From: a virus
Taxonomy: Duplodnaviria; Caudoviricetes
DNA: 61,094 nucleotides
IMG/VR virus record: IMGVR_UViG_3300020570_000012
Location: 1 to 61,094 of that record
Strand: one strand, 5' to 3'
The translations under genes were made by a program, and so were the position numbers. Below are positions 10,401 through 22,600 of the stretch, piece after piece; the first letter of the stretch is position 1; the number at the start of each line of letters is the position of its first letter. The notes under the pieces are model-generated. The model was given only the letters and a program-made list of their open reading frames with translations. It had not been told where the DNA came from and did not search any database.

Positions 10401-12062
10401 AATAGCAACTTTAAGTTCTGGATTTTCATTAATAATAACCTGCTCACCAACTAAAAATGTTCCAGAAGTTTGAGATAGACTGAAAGCACTGCCATTTGGT
10501 TTTGCTGCAAGGTATCCAGTTGCACCACTGGAAAGACCTCTAACAAAAGAAGTTAAAGGAACCTCAGTTGTTGTATAATCTTTTGCCAGATAAAGAGTGG
10601 TATATGTTTGAACGTCAAATAGATATAGATCCCATACAGTGCTGTCACCAGAATATGCAGCATCTGAAACTCCATACCAATAAACTCTCGCTTCTCCTAT
10701 TTTAACTCCACCACCACCTGCTGTTCCTGGACCATCTCCACTGGCATCTCTTCTTCTATTATAAAGTTCTATAATGTTTGCCTGTGTGGTCTGAGCACCG
10801 CTTTGAGAAGCACCAATATTTAAATAAGGAACTCCATGAACGTTATTAACCTTTAAAAGGCTACCCATTGCAAAAGGAACTAAGGCACCATCAACTTTCT
10901 TAGTTGTTCTTGGTTTTGGAACATCAACAACTGCCCCACCAACTAAATCAATATCAAATCCCTTAACGTATGCTGTGCCAGCAGACACTTTAACCGACAT
11001 TAAATTATCGGTTGGAATATTACCTTGATCTGTTCTTTGACCTTCTACATAAAGACCACCATTACCAATTTCATTGTTCAGAGAATTGGCAACAGATATA
11101 GTAAATGGATTTATAGCATAATTTCCAGATTCCTCAAAAGTTCTTTTTGCAAAATAATCTTTAATTATATTGTAATCTGATTTATTTTGTAACTTTTTAA
11201 TTTTTCCTTGATCGACCTTAACTAATTCTACAAAGTTTGTATCGTTAAAATCTAATAAATCTTTTTTAGACAGTTTAACACTAATTTTCAATCTATCTGC
11301 GCCAGGTGCAGCATAGTTTGTAAATCCTTTTGCATTATCATTTAGATCTGTATCATCATCTGATGAAATTATCTCTTCAAGAATATCAAAACCAACCCTA
11401 TATGATGGTTCATTGCTATATGGATCTAAAACAATTTGGGTATTTGGTACATCAAGAAAAACACCCCTAATAAAATAAACACCCTGTGAAACTCCAACAG
11501 CATATCCAGTTGCTGTGGCATTTGTAGAAACAAGAGTTAAAACTGTATCTCCACTATTTAATGTTGTATTTCCGTATGTAATATTCTCTTCAAGTATTAA
11601 TACTTCACCATCCACAAATTCTACACCTTCTCCATCATCTGCACCATCACGGTACTTGACAAATAGTGTTATATCCTCAACTCCTTCCTCAGGTGGTAAA
11701 AGATACCCTTTAATAGTGCCAACAACTCCTGATGTTTGGCCTCTTACTTTTGTTCCTCTTCCAGTATTGGCATTTTTTAATGCATCAAGATAGACTGTAA
11801 CATCAATTCCCAGGTGATCTGGATTCACCTTTATAGTTGTGAAGGCATTGTCGCAAGTAACTCCGCCAGGAATTACCATAGAACCTTCTTTAAAAAGGTG
11901 ACTTCCAAAAGATTCTATTTGATTTTGTAAAATCGATTGAAGACCTGTTAATTCTCTTGCCTGAACAGGATATCCAGGTTTAAAAAGAACTCGATAATAA
12001 TTATCTGCCTTATCGAAATCATCATAATAAGGACTTACGTTGAGATTAGTCTTTTGTGGCAT
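4455..12062 (-). CDS. Large virion structural protein, VrlC/DUF4815-like
   Basis: MPQKTNLNVSPYYDDFD...VLFKPGYPVQARELTGLQSILQNQIE, APGADRLKI, DPLAQSF, GSLFKSQN; 2535 aa downstream of gp8. Confidence 0.88.
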   Translation of the reverse strand: MPQKTNLNVSPYYDDFDKADNYYRVLFKPGYPVQARELTGLQSILQNQIESFGSHLFKEGSMVIPGGVTCDNAFTTIKVNPDHLGIDVTVYLDALKNANTGRGTKVRGQTSGVVGTIKGYLLPPEEGVEDITLFVKYRDGADDGEGVEFVDGEVLILEENITYGNTTLNSGDTVLTLVSTNATATGYAVGVSQGVYFIRGVFLDVPNTQIVLDPYSNEPSYRVGFDILEEIISSDDDTDLNDNAKGFTNYAAPGADRLKISVKLSKKDLLDFNDTNFVELVKVDQGKIKKLQNKSDYNIIKDYFAKRTFEESGNYAINPFTISVANSLNNEIGNGGLYVEGQRTDQGNIPTDNLMSVKVSAGTAYVKGFDIDLVGGAVVDVPKPRTTKKVDGALVPFAMGSLLKVNNVHGVPYLNIGASQSGAQTTQANIIELYNRRRDASGDGPGTAGGGGVKIGEARVYWYGVSDAAYSGDSTVWDLYLFDVQTYTTLYLAKDYTTTEVPLTSFVRGLSSGATGYLAAKPNGSAFSLSQTSGTFLVGEQVIINENPELKVAIQALNVYTTEDIKSVYQDSNSLNTAIQTDFFADTVLYERTPPNFAITDKLNITTGGTAKSPGRFFSGTTGIKTEAIIRYQESGNTDPTFNRISAISADGTALTLAATGYAVTSVCDNGLPAATTDSVFSLMEPKILNLVSSGLYANLPKINIASVDLSQSELTITKQITGRSTNGSGSLTITTADALDSSAGITSVFFEAFDAERYSVHYSDGITDELNSGKFSLGSNGTSITFTGLRASQSNVTVIVTLNKRQVTNKSKDFIRSRQISVTRTSGISTQTGSVASGLTTSKYYGLRVEDEDVSLNVPDVVNIRAVYESTNTSTPVLDTLTFATGLALDTNAITGEKIVGQNSRSVAQVVNKTASTIEFVYLNENNFEVGENVTFKESSINAVIQQITPGSYIDRTTNYILDKGHKNQYCDYSKIRRKTGSAIPSRQLLIIFDYYKIAPGNSGDLFTVNSYTEDRYSSDIPTVPDGTRASDILDFRPRVQEFDPSTATSSPFAFSSRSYESNFRYIVSPDETSFIGYSYYLPRVDLVTVNRFGEVEVVQGEPSDDPRSPILSDDAMELAQISYPAYLYNPQKDPKILLRDNRRFTMRDIAKLEQRIENLEDVTSLSMLELKAQTLEVTDATGLNRFKSGFIVTSFRDKSLADKRYTTIDISKSDPTGIVPVDFWSIPAELALDPGIDRTQTDITQNLKLLDPNIQKTGDLLTLAYTEVDWIEQPHATNVENVNPFNVIVFVGGVVLDPASDNWVRTIYIDDQRTESTGAEWVQEASVNTDVNKKTETETYNKGGGRGEKGVRTLTTTTTTTTTQYTPKLTGPAREFNYVEDVKISGTVDPFMRSRNVYFNANGLRPFTKHYHYLDSQQVDIVPKLCEISMQSGTFQVFENARIYFGGRQIGYIRIQKPNHKFGDTSRPDIGAGLGSPSVLVENYSVDPYDKTRPAPGESYSATSKLINFGVRVLATEEQYYGYVASGATIVGETSGATATITRAELISDNWGDIVASFFFRDPNSSPPPPYKVTSGTKTVKVTAVPPGVTPLPGSTVFASEAIGSYSGSGTILTQETSRVSVRNPPKPAAKPTEVQVEIKAPHRDPLAQSFTVDGKGAFLTSFDLYFASKDPSAKIYIELRTVELGTPTSFLVQDYTQIALNPDQINIAEASFGVKSMAGFNDAASGFTPGQFGYENDYPYAKSQGFSDSDIRYFLENVYSGTIGPKMQDILKDPNWGRYDKPTIPEPVPTRIRFPSPVFLEAGREYAIVILSPASDAYEMWTATMGKKTVKTQNLPDVQNVVVTKQYIGGSLFKSQNGTIWTASQYQDLTFKLYKAKFVPSGTVTFYNTDITARGTNVGKLVNNPIETLPRKLKLPISGTLNAAVVPGTKIGQGSSPSITGIVENLGGPVGVATVVAGGSGYVAGTYTNVDLYSITGKGTGAQATIQFLNGSIRTYSITSNGSGYVNGEVLGVTTSSVGSGSGAQFGVKTRGTTDTIYLTNVQGENFTNTTSIVYYANPNTESSRTTSGATVNGSSTLISNEYSGNVFRIKQYNHANHGGNGKINVTDVLPDREKTTTTAPFGLNDTVVSVANTTIFSTFEGITTSRGYALLNNEVVSYSAITQVSGNAGTLTIDGRAQGRTVKTSHNANEFIQPYEVSGVSLMRINKFHDTPANYYNSESSNLDNFFLEVDRTTPTDRSSGASMLNFATQKAIGGDVVRISQNHQFSSIDSQFNIITPGKGTTASAQLRTISGTSAGGSEVSFLDQGYDPIPLNTVVHYPTPRMVASRINEITRLTTLPSNKSLSLKVDFKTEDENLSPVMDIQNATFVLGRNRSNSPIRDYVVDSRSNRINGDPHGGVFVTQIISLAQPATSLRVLVAANRQEGADFRVFYRLFKADSSDVPQSYTPFPGYDNLLDTDGDGFGDFVIDQYKNSGRADAFVAPNNPNSFSEYQFSANNLEQFNGFAIKIVMSSTNESTPVKLKDFRCIALA

Positions 12063-12065
12063 TGT

Positions 12066-13625
12066 TTAAAATTCCAGTACTATTTTGATGTCTTCTTTTT
12101 GGCGAGAATTCCTACTAATTGTAGGTCTATTATCAAGATAAATTGTTTCTCCTGATCCTTTATTTATTTCAGGAGTAGATAACCCAGATGTAAAATTAAC
12201 ACCTAAGTTAATTAATTTTGTTCCTGTTGGATTTGTGGAAATTCCAGAAAATCCAGTATCTATTGATGCTGAAAAACCGGAAGATTTTCCGATAACTTGA
12301 TTAGCGGAAGATTCGAATGGATATAATCTTCCATTTGTAGAAATACCAACGTAATCTTGTTGGTCATAAGTTGTTTGATTATAATAGAGAGAACGATCTC
12401 TCAAATATTTTAAAACTTTCGTTTCACTATCCCAAGAAGCAACATATCCAGTTGCTTTACCAGATCCACTAGCGACTATTTGCTCAATTTTTTCACCAAC
12501 TGTTGGAGTTCCAGTAATTGAAGAAAACTTCAATGAGTATAATCCGGTAAAAGTATTATCTGTGTAAATATTTGAAGATCCAAACGTAGTTGGATTTTTA
12601 ATGATTGATACTTGCGCAAAACTAGTATCAATTGGAAAATCCTTTGTCGAATCATCAAATCTAGCATACACTAAAACTTTATCTGTTCCCAATTCAGTGT
12701 AGATGTCATATCCATGTCCCTGAGAAGGTGGAATAATGGGAACCAATTTAGCATTAGTTCCTGTTGAATTTAAATTTATAGATCCCAAATCAACTAAACC
12801 ATAATTATAATTTTTACCACCAGATGTAACAACTGTATTTGTTATTTTACCGCCTTCAACATCTACTCTTACTCTACCACCAGATCCATCGCCAAGTATA
12901 CTAAATTCTTGACCTAATCCGTTTGAGTAGTTAGCACCTGATTTTTCAATATATACGGTTTTAATTTGATTTTCGTTTACAGTAGAGTCGCCAGATTCCC
13001 TAACTGCCTGTATTTGGGAATCTGTTGATGTTAACCAACCGTTGGGGACCGTTATATACTCTGTGGAATCAAACTTGACAATATCACTTGGTGAGATTGT
13101 AAAAAGATATTTCCAAATATAACCATCACCACTATCACCAGCCCTTGATGGTTCAAGATCAGTAAATGTTGGTTCATCTTGTGAAACATTACCTTTTGGG
13201 TTAGTCCCACTAGAACCATTTTGAATACAAATATAAACTCTATAATCACTATTCATTACATAGTAATTTGTATCATATAACCTAGATGAATTAGTCAATG
13301 GACTTGGATTGATAATACTATAATCATCTCGATACATTTCGTATCTACTTCCAACTGTCCAATCTATTCTTCTTATTATTCTTCTAATATTTGCAGATGT
13401 GATTCTTTTACCATATAAAACAGTATCCGCATAATGATCTATATACGAAAAATTATCTACGGGTGAAGGCGGGTTGGTATTCCAAGTACTAGATCTTCCA
13501 AACCCAACTGCAGATGGGTTTGGTAACCCAACTGCAATATAATAAGAATTATTTGTGGACTCCACAGAATCTACAAAATTACTAGCATTCAAAATTCTAA
13601 ACTGATCAGTAACAATTGCTGACAT
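12066..13625 (-). CDS. gp8: Baseplate wedge subunit gp8
   Basis: YYVMNSDYRVYIC, DGYIWKYLF and C-terminal YLDNRPTISRNSRQKEDIKIVLEF. Confidence 0.92.
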   Translation of the reverse strand: MSAIVTDQFRILNASNFVDSVESTNNSYYIAVGLPNPSAVGFGRSSTWNTNPPSPVDNFSYIDHYADTVLYGKRITSANIRRIIRRIDWTVGSRYEMYRDDYSIINPSPLTNSSRLYDTNYYVMNSDYRVYICIQNGSSGTNPKGNVSQDEPTFTDLEPSRAGDSGDGYIWKYLFTISPSDIVKFDSTEYITVPNGWLTSTDSQIQAVRESGDSTVNENQIKTVYIEKSGANYSNGLGQEFSILGDGSGGRVRVDVEGGKITNTVVTSGGKNYNYGLVDLGSINLNSTGTNAKLVPIIPPSQGHGYDIYTELGTDKVLVYARFDDSTKDFPIDTSFAQVSIIKNPTTFGSSNIYTDNTFTGLYSLKFSSITGTPTVGEKIEQIVASGSGKATGYVASWDSETKVLKYLRDRSLYYNQTTYDQQDYVGISTNGRLYPFESSANQVIGKSSGFSASIDTGFSGISTNPTGTKLINLGVNFTSGLSTPEINKGSGETIYLDNRPTISRNSRQKEDIKIVLEF

Positions 13626-13643
13626 CGTTAAACGTTTTTTATG

Positions 13644-13651
13644 TATTTATA
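13644..13651 (-). promoter_or_regulatory. T4-type late promoter TATAAATA
   Basis: tatttata on + strand between gp7 stop and gp8 start. Confidence 0.75.
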
Positions 13652-13656
13652 TCTTG

Positions 13657-16600
13657 TCATGATAAGTTAGAAAGTTTTCTAATTGCACCACTATTTCTTA
13701 ATCCAAATGTCCTTCTTTGGATAGTTGGGAATGTTGACAATCCAGCATCTACAACTAAACCAGTAACACCAATAGAAATTGGATTTGGTCTGATTGCAAA
13801 ATTATATAATCTACCCCAAGAAATATTACCCAGAGGTAAAGTAGTAGAACCTGTTGTTGCAATTCCGACAATATTAGTATTAGTTTTAATATTGCAAATT
13901 ATCTCAGCATTTGGACCAGAGTTAGTTTTGGAATTTACAATATAAACATTATCTAAGAAACTAGTTCCTATTCCAACAATGGAAGAATCAGAACTATTTA
14001 CTGAAGTGACTCCAGTTCCAACAGTTGTATTGTATACCAATATCGGATATCCTGTTTGCAAATCATTAGCATCAGACGCATTTGCACGGAAATTAATTTT
14101 CAATGCTAATGGATGTCCACCAGTTCCAGTTGTAGTACTAATACCAGTAATAATACCACTAAATCCTTGAACGTTTGCAATTCCAGTGATTGTTTCTGTA
14201 GTTGCTGATGGAACTTCAACGATAAGATTTGGTGCAATTGTGTATCCAAATCCAGGATTTGTAATAGTAACGGAAACAACTTTTCCACCAGAAACATTAG
14301 CAATTGCTGTTGCGGTTGTCCCAATACCAATTCCTACACCTAGACCAACAGATTCCAATGCAAATGTCCCAACACCAACTGTTGGATTGGAAATTTTAAT
14401 AGGAACATTTGTAGAATAACCAAGACCAGCATTTGTAATTGTAATTGCGGATATAGTTCCTGCTGCTGAAACTGTTGCTGTAAATCCAGCAGAAATTGGA
14501 TCTGTACCCTGAACAATCAATCCATCTACGGAAGTGATCGTAACTCCATAGTTATTTTCTTCATAGTTGAAAAATTGTGCATTATCAACAAAAATATTAG
14601 AACTTCCTGAAGTAAGGTCTCCAATAATCTTAGCAGTTGGGTAAACATATGGTTCAAGAGAATCTCTGGTTTTGTAAACAATATCACCTTTAATATATTT
14701 GTCATTTTTTTGCTTAATCCATTCTATTGGTCTATAATAAGTTTCGTTAATACCAGTTCCAACATAAAGATCTGTTTCAACAGTATCTGATCCGATAATA
14801 TCAACGATTGTTCTATCTCTTTCTTGACTTGATATTGATGGATAGAATGGACTTGTCTTAACAAAGACATCATCCCCAATTTTAATGGTTTCATTAACAT
14901 CAATTAATGAAATATCAACTCCATCTTGACCAATATAGAAGAAAATATCGACTTTATCTGATGATTTTGGCGGTTCCGTAAATTCAAATGATGTACCACC
15001 AAAGAATCTATATGCATAGGATGGTTCTTGTATTACTCCATTTACAAAAATTAAAAGAACCGCATCGAGATTAATTGCACCAGAAAGAGGATTATTAGGA
15101 TCAACTTCAAAACTTAACAATTGACCATTGTAGTATAATGGGAATCTTGTTCTACTTCCATTTTGTAAAGTAGATACACTGTCAATATAGTTCATTTCAC
15201 CGAATGACCAAGATGAGAAGAAATCTTGGTAAGTTTCAACAACTTCTAATTTAAATTCATCCAGTGGTTGTGCATAATCTTTTGCAGTCACGAGACCAAT
15301 TGGTTTAAATACATCACCAACTTGGAATGCATAACCAGGTCTTGAAATTTGGAAAGACTCAACTACAAACAAGGTAGAACCAATTCCAACAGTTGATGGT
15401 GAGGGTCCTATCTTTATATTCATCAGTAGATTTGATCCAGTTTGAGTTGTTGATCCGACACCAACTCTAGAAACACCTATTACTGGTAGATTTTCATATA
15501 TTGGTTCTGGTGTTCTAATATATGGTTCAACATAACCAGATCCAGCAGTTACAACTGTAAATGCTAATGTACCACCAGCACCAACGGTTGCTCTAATACT
15601 TGCAGCAACTCCTGTATGATTTGAATCAGTAACTGCTATTGAAACTGGATCTCTGTACCCAGAACCATAATTTAAATCATACCAAGGAAAAACAGTACCA
15701 AGTCCAATGTAAGAATGTGGTAAAGTGCTTGTTCCCACATTTGCAGTAAATGACTTAGCAGAGAGAATTCCGACTATATCGTAAGAATAATCTAAACCAC
15801 GTGAAGGGAAATAAGAAACAATACCAGCACCTGATGGGCAAGTAAATCCTAATCCAACTAATTTTATTCTATCACCACCAACAAAATTATGATCAGTTAC
15901 TGTCGTTATTTCAATAATACCAGTTTGATTGTTATATGATGCTGTGCTAATTGATTGTCCAGGTCCAGTATGAGAAATTCCAGTTATACTTACGATAGAT
16001 CCAGATCCATCTAAAACTGCTCTTACTTTTGCTCCAAGTAGGGGAGCATATCCTAGACCAGGTGTAGAACCAAGTGAAACAATTAGCCCACCTCTTGGAA
16101 GTTGATTTTGGTTGATATCAAAATCTGACTTAATATAAGTTCCATCAGTTGAAGTAATACCAGTAAATACAACACTAGAAATACCAGCAACATTGTCATT
16201 TACAAATTCATAGTTATTTCCTGCATTATTAATAGTTGTTGGAGTTTGGAAGACACCATTAATGAACAATATACCATTGCCGATGGAAACACCAGTTGTA
16301 TTAATTCCTTCAACAGTTGTAGTATAAGTTTTTCCAATTCCGGTAAATTGATCTGAGATGTCATCAAACACCATATTTGTGTCATAATTTGATCTTAAGA
16401 AAGTTCTACCAGCATACTGTGCTCTTACATAAGGAAGATTGCTTGCATCTCTTCTTGCTCTCGTGTTTCCCTTTGGTGGATCTGCAAACCAAATTTCAGA
16501 TCCAACTATGTTGAACGATCCTCTATAAACTTGAACAGTCGCACCATCACTATGAGTTGTTGCCGTACTTCCAACCGATGCTCTTACAACAGAAACTGTT

Positions 16601-19600
16601 GGGAATGTTGCAATTCCGCTGGCATTGATAATTCCAGTAATATTTCCACCTGTGTTGGAACTTACGCCAACTTCAACAACCTTCATGTATTCATCATCAA
16701 TTTTCAATATATCTCTTGGTTGAATTGAAGAAATGCCACTTAAATTAAAAGTTGCAATACCAACACTAATTCCACCACTGTTGTATTGTAGTTTATGTGA
16801 TATTGGAGTAAATGTAATTGGTTGCTGAACAATACCATCAAGAGAAATAACACTCTTTGATAGTTTCTTTGACATATCCAATTCATGTGCATTTCCAAGA
16901 CCAGCAGATGTGAAGGTTACTGCAATCCCCAATGCTGCATAAGATTTTTGAGTTGCTAACTTAAATGTATCTGGTGTGAGAGCAATAGGATATACTTTTT
17001 CTGGTAGTTTATCAGTTACAATTCCAAGATAATTTGCAGTTGCACCAATACCCATTGCACTTTGACCAACACCAATAAATGTTGATCTTGGATTATAAGT
17101 TAATTCTTCACCGGTATTGAAGAAGTGGTTTCTAATGGTAAAGATTCCTGTTGCAAAATCAACTGTGGTAGTATCCGATGGGTCAAATATTTTTTTATAA
17201 ATTGGTACACCTTCATGCTTTAAACTGAAGTTAACTTTATTAGCTCTCGTCCCATTTATACTATCATATGCAGAAAGGAACAGTCTTTGATTTGTATTTC
17301 CATAATTTAATTGAAGTGGTTCATTGTCGAAATCGCTGTAAGTATATAAAACTTCATTAAATCCTTGAACACTTGTGTTTGTGTTTGAAGAATCTGGATA
17401 GAAATTTAGATAAAATTTATCTCCAAAGATTTGTCCACCAAATGTTCCAAGACCAGTTACATTATTTGCAGGTGAAAATGGACCAGGAACGATCGTAACG
17501 TTCTCAGTATCGTTCAAAATAGAAACTTGATGAATTGCGGAACTACTACCAGATGAAACTCTTACAATAGATGAAACTGATGTTACCAAATTCAAATCAA
17601 AGGTTCCAACTACAATAGATGTTGTTCCAACTCCAACCGTTGATTCTAATTTTGCACTTCTTTCCGAACCTGCTGGTTGCCCACTAACCAAGAATCTATA
17701 TGTACCTATGCCAGCACTAGTTGCTGCAAATCCAACAATATTTGCTCTTACATCAATAACATTATTTTCTTCATTTTGAACTCTAAATGAAACAATTCCA
17801 GCAGTAGAATCATAAATTGCAGTTACAAGACCAATAGAAGATGAACTGTAAGATTGAGTTTTAGTATCAAAGTAATACTCACTTAAATGAGTATTAGATC
17901 CATCAAAATCTAATGCCGCTTCAATATAGTTTACTTCTTTACTTAATGTATTTGTAACCTCAATGTTTGCAAATAGACCATTGAAATTGGTATTAGAAAA
18001 TTGTGCAATAGTTCTTATACTATTTGCTGTTCCTACAGTAGAAATTCCAATAATACTAGATCCTATCAAATTAATAGAACCAAAAGCATATGTTCCAATT
18101 CCAGTAGATGGTGCTGCAAATGTTTTTTTCAAAATCTTAATATCATGATCTCTATCAAACCTATTTGTTGGTGTAAACAATAAGGTTTTTCTTCCAGAGT
18201 CGTCTACATTGGCGCTAAATTCCCCAAGTAATTCATCTGTATATGCTGTATATTTTTCAAATAAAATAGAATCTAATGTAGATGTCTGTAAAACTAATTC
18301 AGTTATTTGGGAATATAATGTGTCTGGATCAACAACCTGAATAGTGTATCTTACATGAGTATCAATAGCATCAATCTCTTCTATTTCAACAAAAGGATCT
18401 TCAAATCCTCTGCTAGAAAATCTATTGCTAATGTCATCATGTATTAGTACTCTATTTGTTCTACACTCGGTGTAATCGGTTAACTTTTTATTTTGAATTT
18501 TTAAGAATTTGGATTGCTCTGGATTTGTTCTTGTATCATAATCAACAACGTTATCAAAATTATTAATAACGTCTACTCTTCTCTCCTCTATAATATCAAG
18601 AACAGCTATACTATTTGTAGTTCCAGAAAGTCCTACGGAAGCTTTCGTTGCGGAAATAATTCCAACATCAGCAAAATTTTTCAGTCCAGCGGGGTGAATA
18701 ATGCTGTTTACTGGTGATGAGGACTTATCCCATGTTATTGGACTCTTGATAGAATATGATAGATTTTGATAATAATCATTATCTGGTGTAACTTGGTAAT
18801 CTTCGCTAAGTTTACCAGTATCATTTCTCCATCCAATATTTTGTTTTGATGAATAATCAACTTTAAATCTAGATTTATTTTCTTTAATAGAAATTACATC
18901 TGCTATTACGCCACTTATTTTTCCTTTAATTTGATCACCTTTTTTAAGAGAATAAGATCCATTAACCTTAATAAATTCATCTCTTATTGCTGACACAAAC
19001 AAATCCTGTTCAGCGAATCCTGATCCAACATTAACGAAAAGTTGCTCATTTGAAGCAAATTTTGCTCTCTTTTTAATTATATTAATTTCTGGATAATATT
19101 TTTTGTTAATAATGGAGGCATATCCAGACTGGAAAGTTTTTGCTATACCTGGATTTGTTGATAGACCAGCACCAAGCTCATCTACAACTGCAAAAGTTAA
19201 TACCGCTGGATTGGAATTGACATAAGATTGTATTTTAAAGAATCTATAATCATAATTTTCCGAATTGTATCCAGTTCCAGTGCTACCATCAATTAAATCA
19301 ATACCCTCAACAAAAATTTCATCACCATCAGCAAATAGTGGAGATGAGAATCCTAAAATTGGAGTTGCTAATGTACACGTCGCTACACCAGCATTTCCTG
19401 TTACAATAGAACTAATTCCAACACCATTAGAATTATTAATAGAAATTATTTTATGTAGATCTGATTTTAATCCATATATTGGTGCTATTTGTTTTACTTC
19501 AGATATTGCACCACTTGGAGTAATTGCAACTAAAGAAGAGTTATCAATAACAGTTTTTGTTTTATCATTCCAAAGTAGTAAATCTGGTGCAGTTAAATAT

Positions 19601-22600
19601 CTAGATCCACCAAAAACTATATCAATTTGATCAATTGTATCTAAATTATCTAAATTTATGATTGGAGAAATAAATGCCTCTGGTGTCAGTGTTTTGTCTG
19701 ATGGATATTCGTAACCAATGTCTTTAATTCTGACATTTTTAATTTTTCCAATTGATGTAGATATTGCCAAGACATTAGCATTTTGACCATTTTCACTTTC
19801 AATATTGGCAAATTTTGGAAGTTTTTTGAAATTAAATCCTTCTGAAATAATTTTTACCTTTCCAATCGTTCCATTTATAGCTGTTGAAGATTTTGTTGAA
19901 TATTCTAACTTATCAGTTTGGTCAACCGTATATTTTAAGACAGTTGGAACTTTTGAAGGGGATATACTGAATGAATCTGTTGAAACCCCAAAAATATTGT
20001 AGGTCCCATTATATTCACTATTCACATAGTTAATTTGTGAATTATTTGCAACATCTTTATCAGATGTGCTTATATATCCAGATTTTTCTAGTGCATAGAA
20101 AAGTTTAGATGGTAAATTCTCAGTATATTCAATTGAAAGTGCTGCTGTTCCAAATCCAACTGTACCAATTCCAATAACATTAAAATCTCCTGAATCGCTT
20201 GTACTTATGAATTCATCAGTAAATTTAGCATCTTTGAAAATTTTAAGTTTATACCCACTCAAAGACGAATCTCCGAGATTAAACTTAATAGTAGAATTTT
20301 TAACTACATCAATACTCGGATTTATAAGTGCAAACGTATGAATAGATGCACCAGTTCCTACAATATTTACAACCTTTTGATTTGGTGGGACTGTTTCATA
20401 ACGGGTTTCTGCAAGTCTAAATTGACTACTACTATCTCTAATTACGTAATAAGATCCAGTTTCTAATCCAGAAGCAACTTGTGTACTGTTATAAAATATC
20501 TTATCGCCAGTATTGTACCCATGATCTGCTATTGTAATTGTATTTGTTGTGATATTGATCTGCGAAGAATTAATCCCAATTGGATTGATTAATAACTTCT
20601 TCTCATCTTCGTTAAATGCAACTGTTAAAGCCGATGTAGTTCCTAGACCAACAACAGTATTTGGGGATACTGTTAACTTGATAGTATCTCCTTCAGATAA
20701 TCCATGAGTCTGAGCAACACTTATTGTAGTAACTACTCTATCTACTTGTCCGGTTACTTGATTGTAATTAGTTTGTAACAGATACTCAGAATTATTTGAC
20801 CCATCACTGTAAAAATATAATCCCTCACTATTGGTTGTTAACCCAACCTGAGTTACTAATCCAACATAATCCTTCCCTTTACTGATTATATAAACATCAG
20901 ATGTTAATGTAGTTGTGTTTGGAATTTGGAATGTATTCAGATTAGATGGATCATTTCCAACAATCAATGAATCAACACCTGCAAGGTCGGATTTTGTAAA
21001 TGTAATTCTTTGTCCGGTCTTAAAGGGGTGATTTGGAAGATATATGCTTCTATATGGAATCGATACTGTTTGAGTAGTAACTCCTATTGTAAATTCTTTA
21101 TATACCGCTCCTCCTGGTGTAGTTCCAACACCAACAGAATTTTTTGCATTAAAATAAACTAAATCATTATTTTTAGACTCAAATAATGGAATTTTGGATT
21201 TGCTCTTAATAGAAATTCTATCACTTATAACATTTAAACTACTACCGTAAGTATGTGCAACTCCAGAACTTGCATATCTTTTAACTCTTAAAACTCCATT
21301 ATTGTAATCATTCAATACTCTTACAGTTTCTGTACCGAGATCTGATCTAATAAAAATGCTACCTCCAATAGAAACTGTTGGTCTTGTAGAAACAAAAATA
21401 TCTTCTATTAATCCACCAGGAGTTGAAGAATAACTATTCATGGTCTTTGCAAGACCAACAGTTTCAGTGGTAAATCCTATTTTTTTAGATCCAGAAAGAT
21501 TAATAATAGATGTTGAAAGTCCACTGATTAAAACTGTATCATTGTCGATTAAATTAAATCCAGATCTATAATGTGCAGAAACAACTTCATCTGTACTCCA
21601 TACAAAGACACAAGGAGAATATGATTCGAAATTTGTTTCAATCTGAGTAATGTTTTTACCTATTAGTTCAGAAATTTCTGCTCTGAGTCCGATTCCGCCA
21701 GTATCTTCTTGATCAAAATTAATTGTTTCTCCAATTTTATATCCAGTTCCACCATCAACTATGCTAATATCATTAACATCACCTTTTTTAACTGACTCAA
21801 TAACACTTACTTGAGGTAATACTTCATATGGCTCAACTAGAAAATCGTAATTGGCATATTTATCATTAAGTTTATATGGAAGTGTATTCCTAATGAGATT
21901 TGAATTATTAAAATCAAAACTTTGATCTAAGTAAGAATTTTCCTGTATAAAGGAAGACTTGAAAGTATTTCCAATAAAGTATGGGTATAAGGGTTCAAGT
22001 TTATTAGATACAATACTTGTAGTTACACCAGCGAAGTAAGCATAAACTCCATTTGGAAACTCGGGAGTTTTGCAGAATCTTCCATTATGTCTATCAAGAT
22101 CACCATTACCATCATATTCAAAATCTTCAATGAAAAATCCAGAAGAGAATGATGGTCTATTAGAAACTTTTGTGGTATTTAAACTATAACTTGGATTTAT
22201 AATTCTAACGCCAGACTGAACATCATCTGGATTGGAATATCCATATGGTCCATAGATTGGATTTCCATCATATGCCCATCCAATAATTGGGGAATGGGAA
22301 ACACCATTATCGGAATAATTAGTTGCCAAATCTTCGGAATATCCGTATATTCCATATACAAGAGAATTGTCAACAAGATTTTTATTAAGACTTGAGAATA
22401 TTTTTGGAGTTCTTAATCTTGAATATGCTGCGTATCTCTCTGCGTCATTGACTGTAAGATCTCTAACCTTTACATCAAATAGTGCTCCAGAACCTTTTGG
22501 TTTTACTTGAATTGTTGCATTAGTTGAACTGTAACCAATGCCAGAGTTAATTACAATAACATCTGTAATTTTTCCATCATTAATTACAGGTCTAAGAATA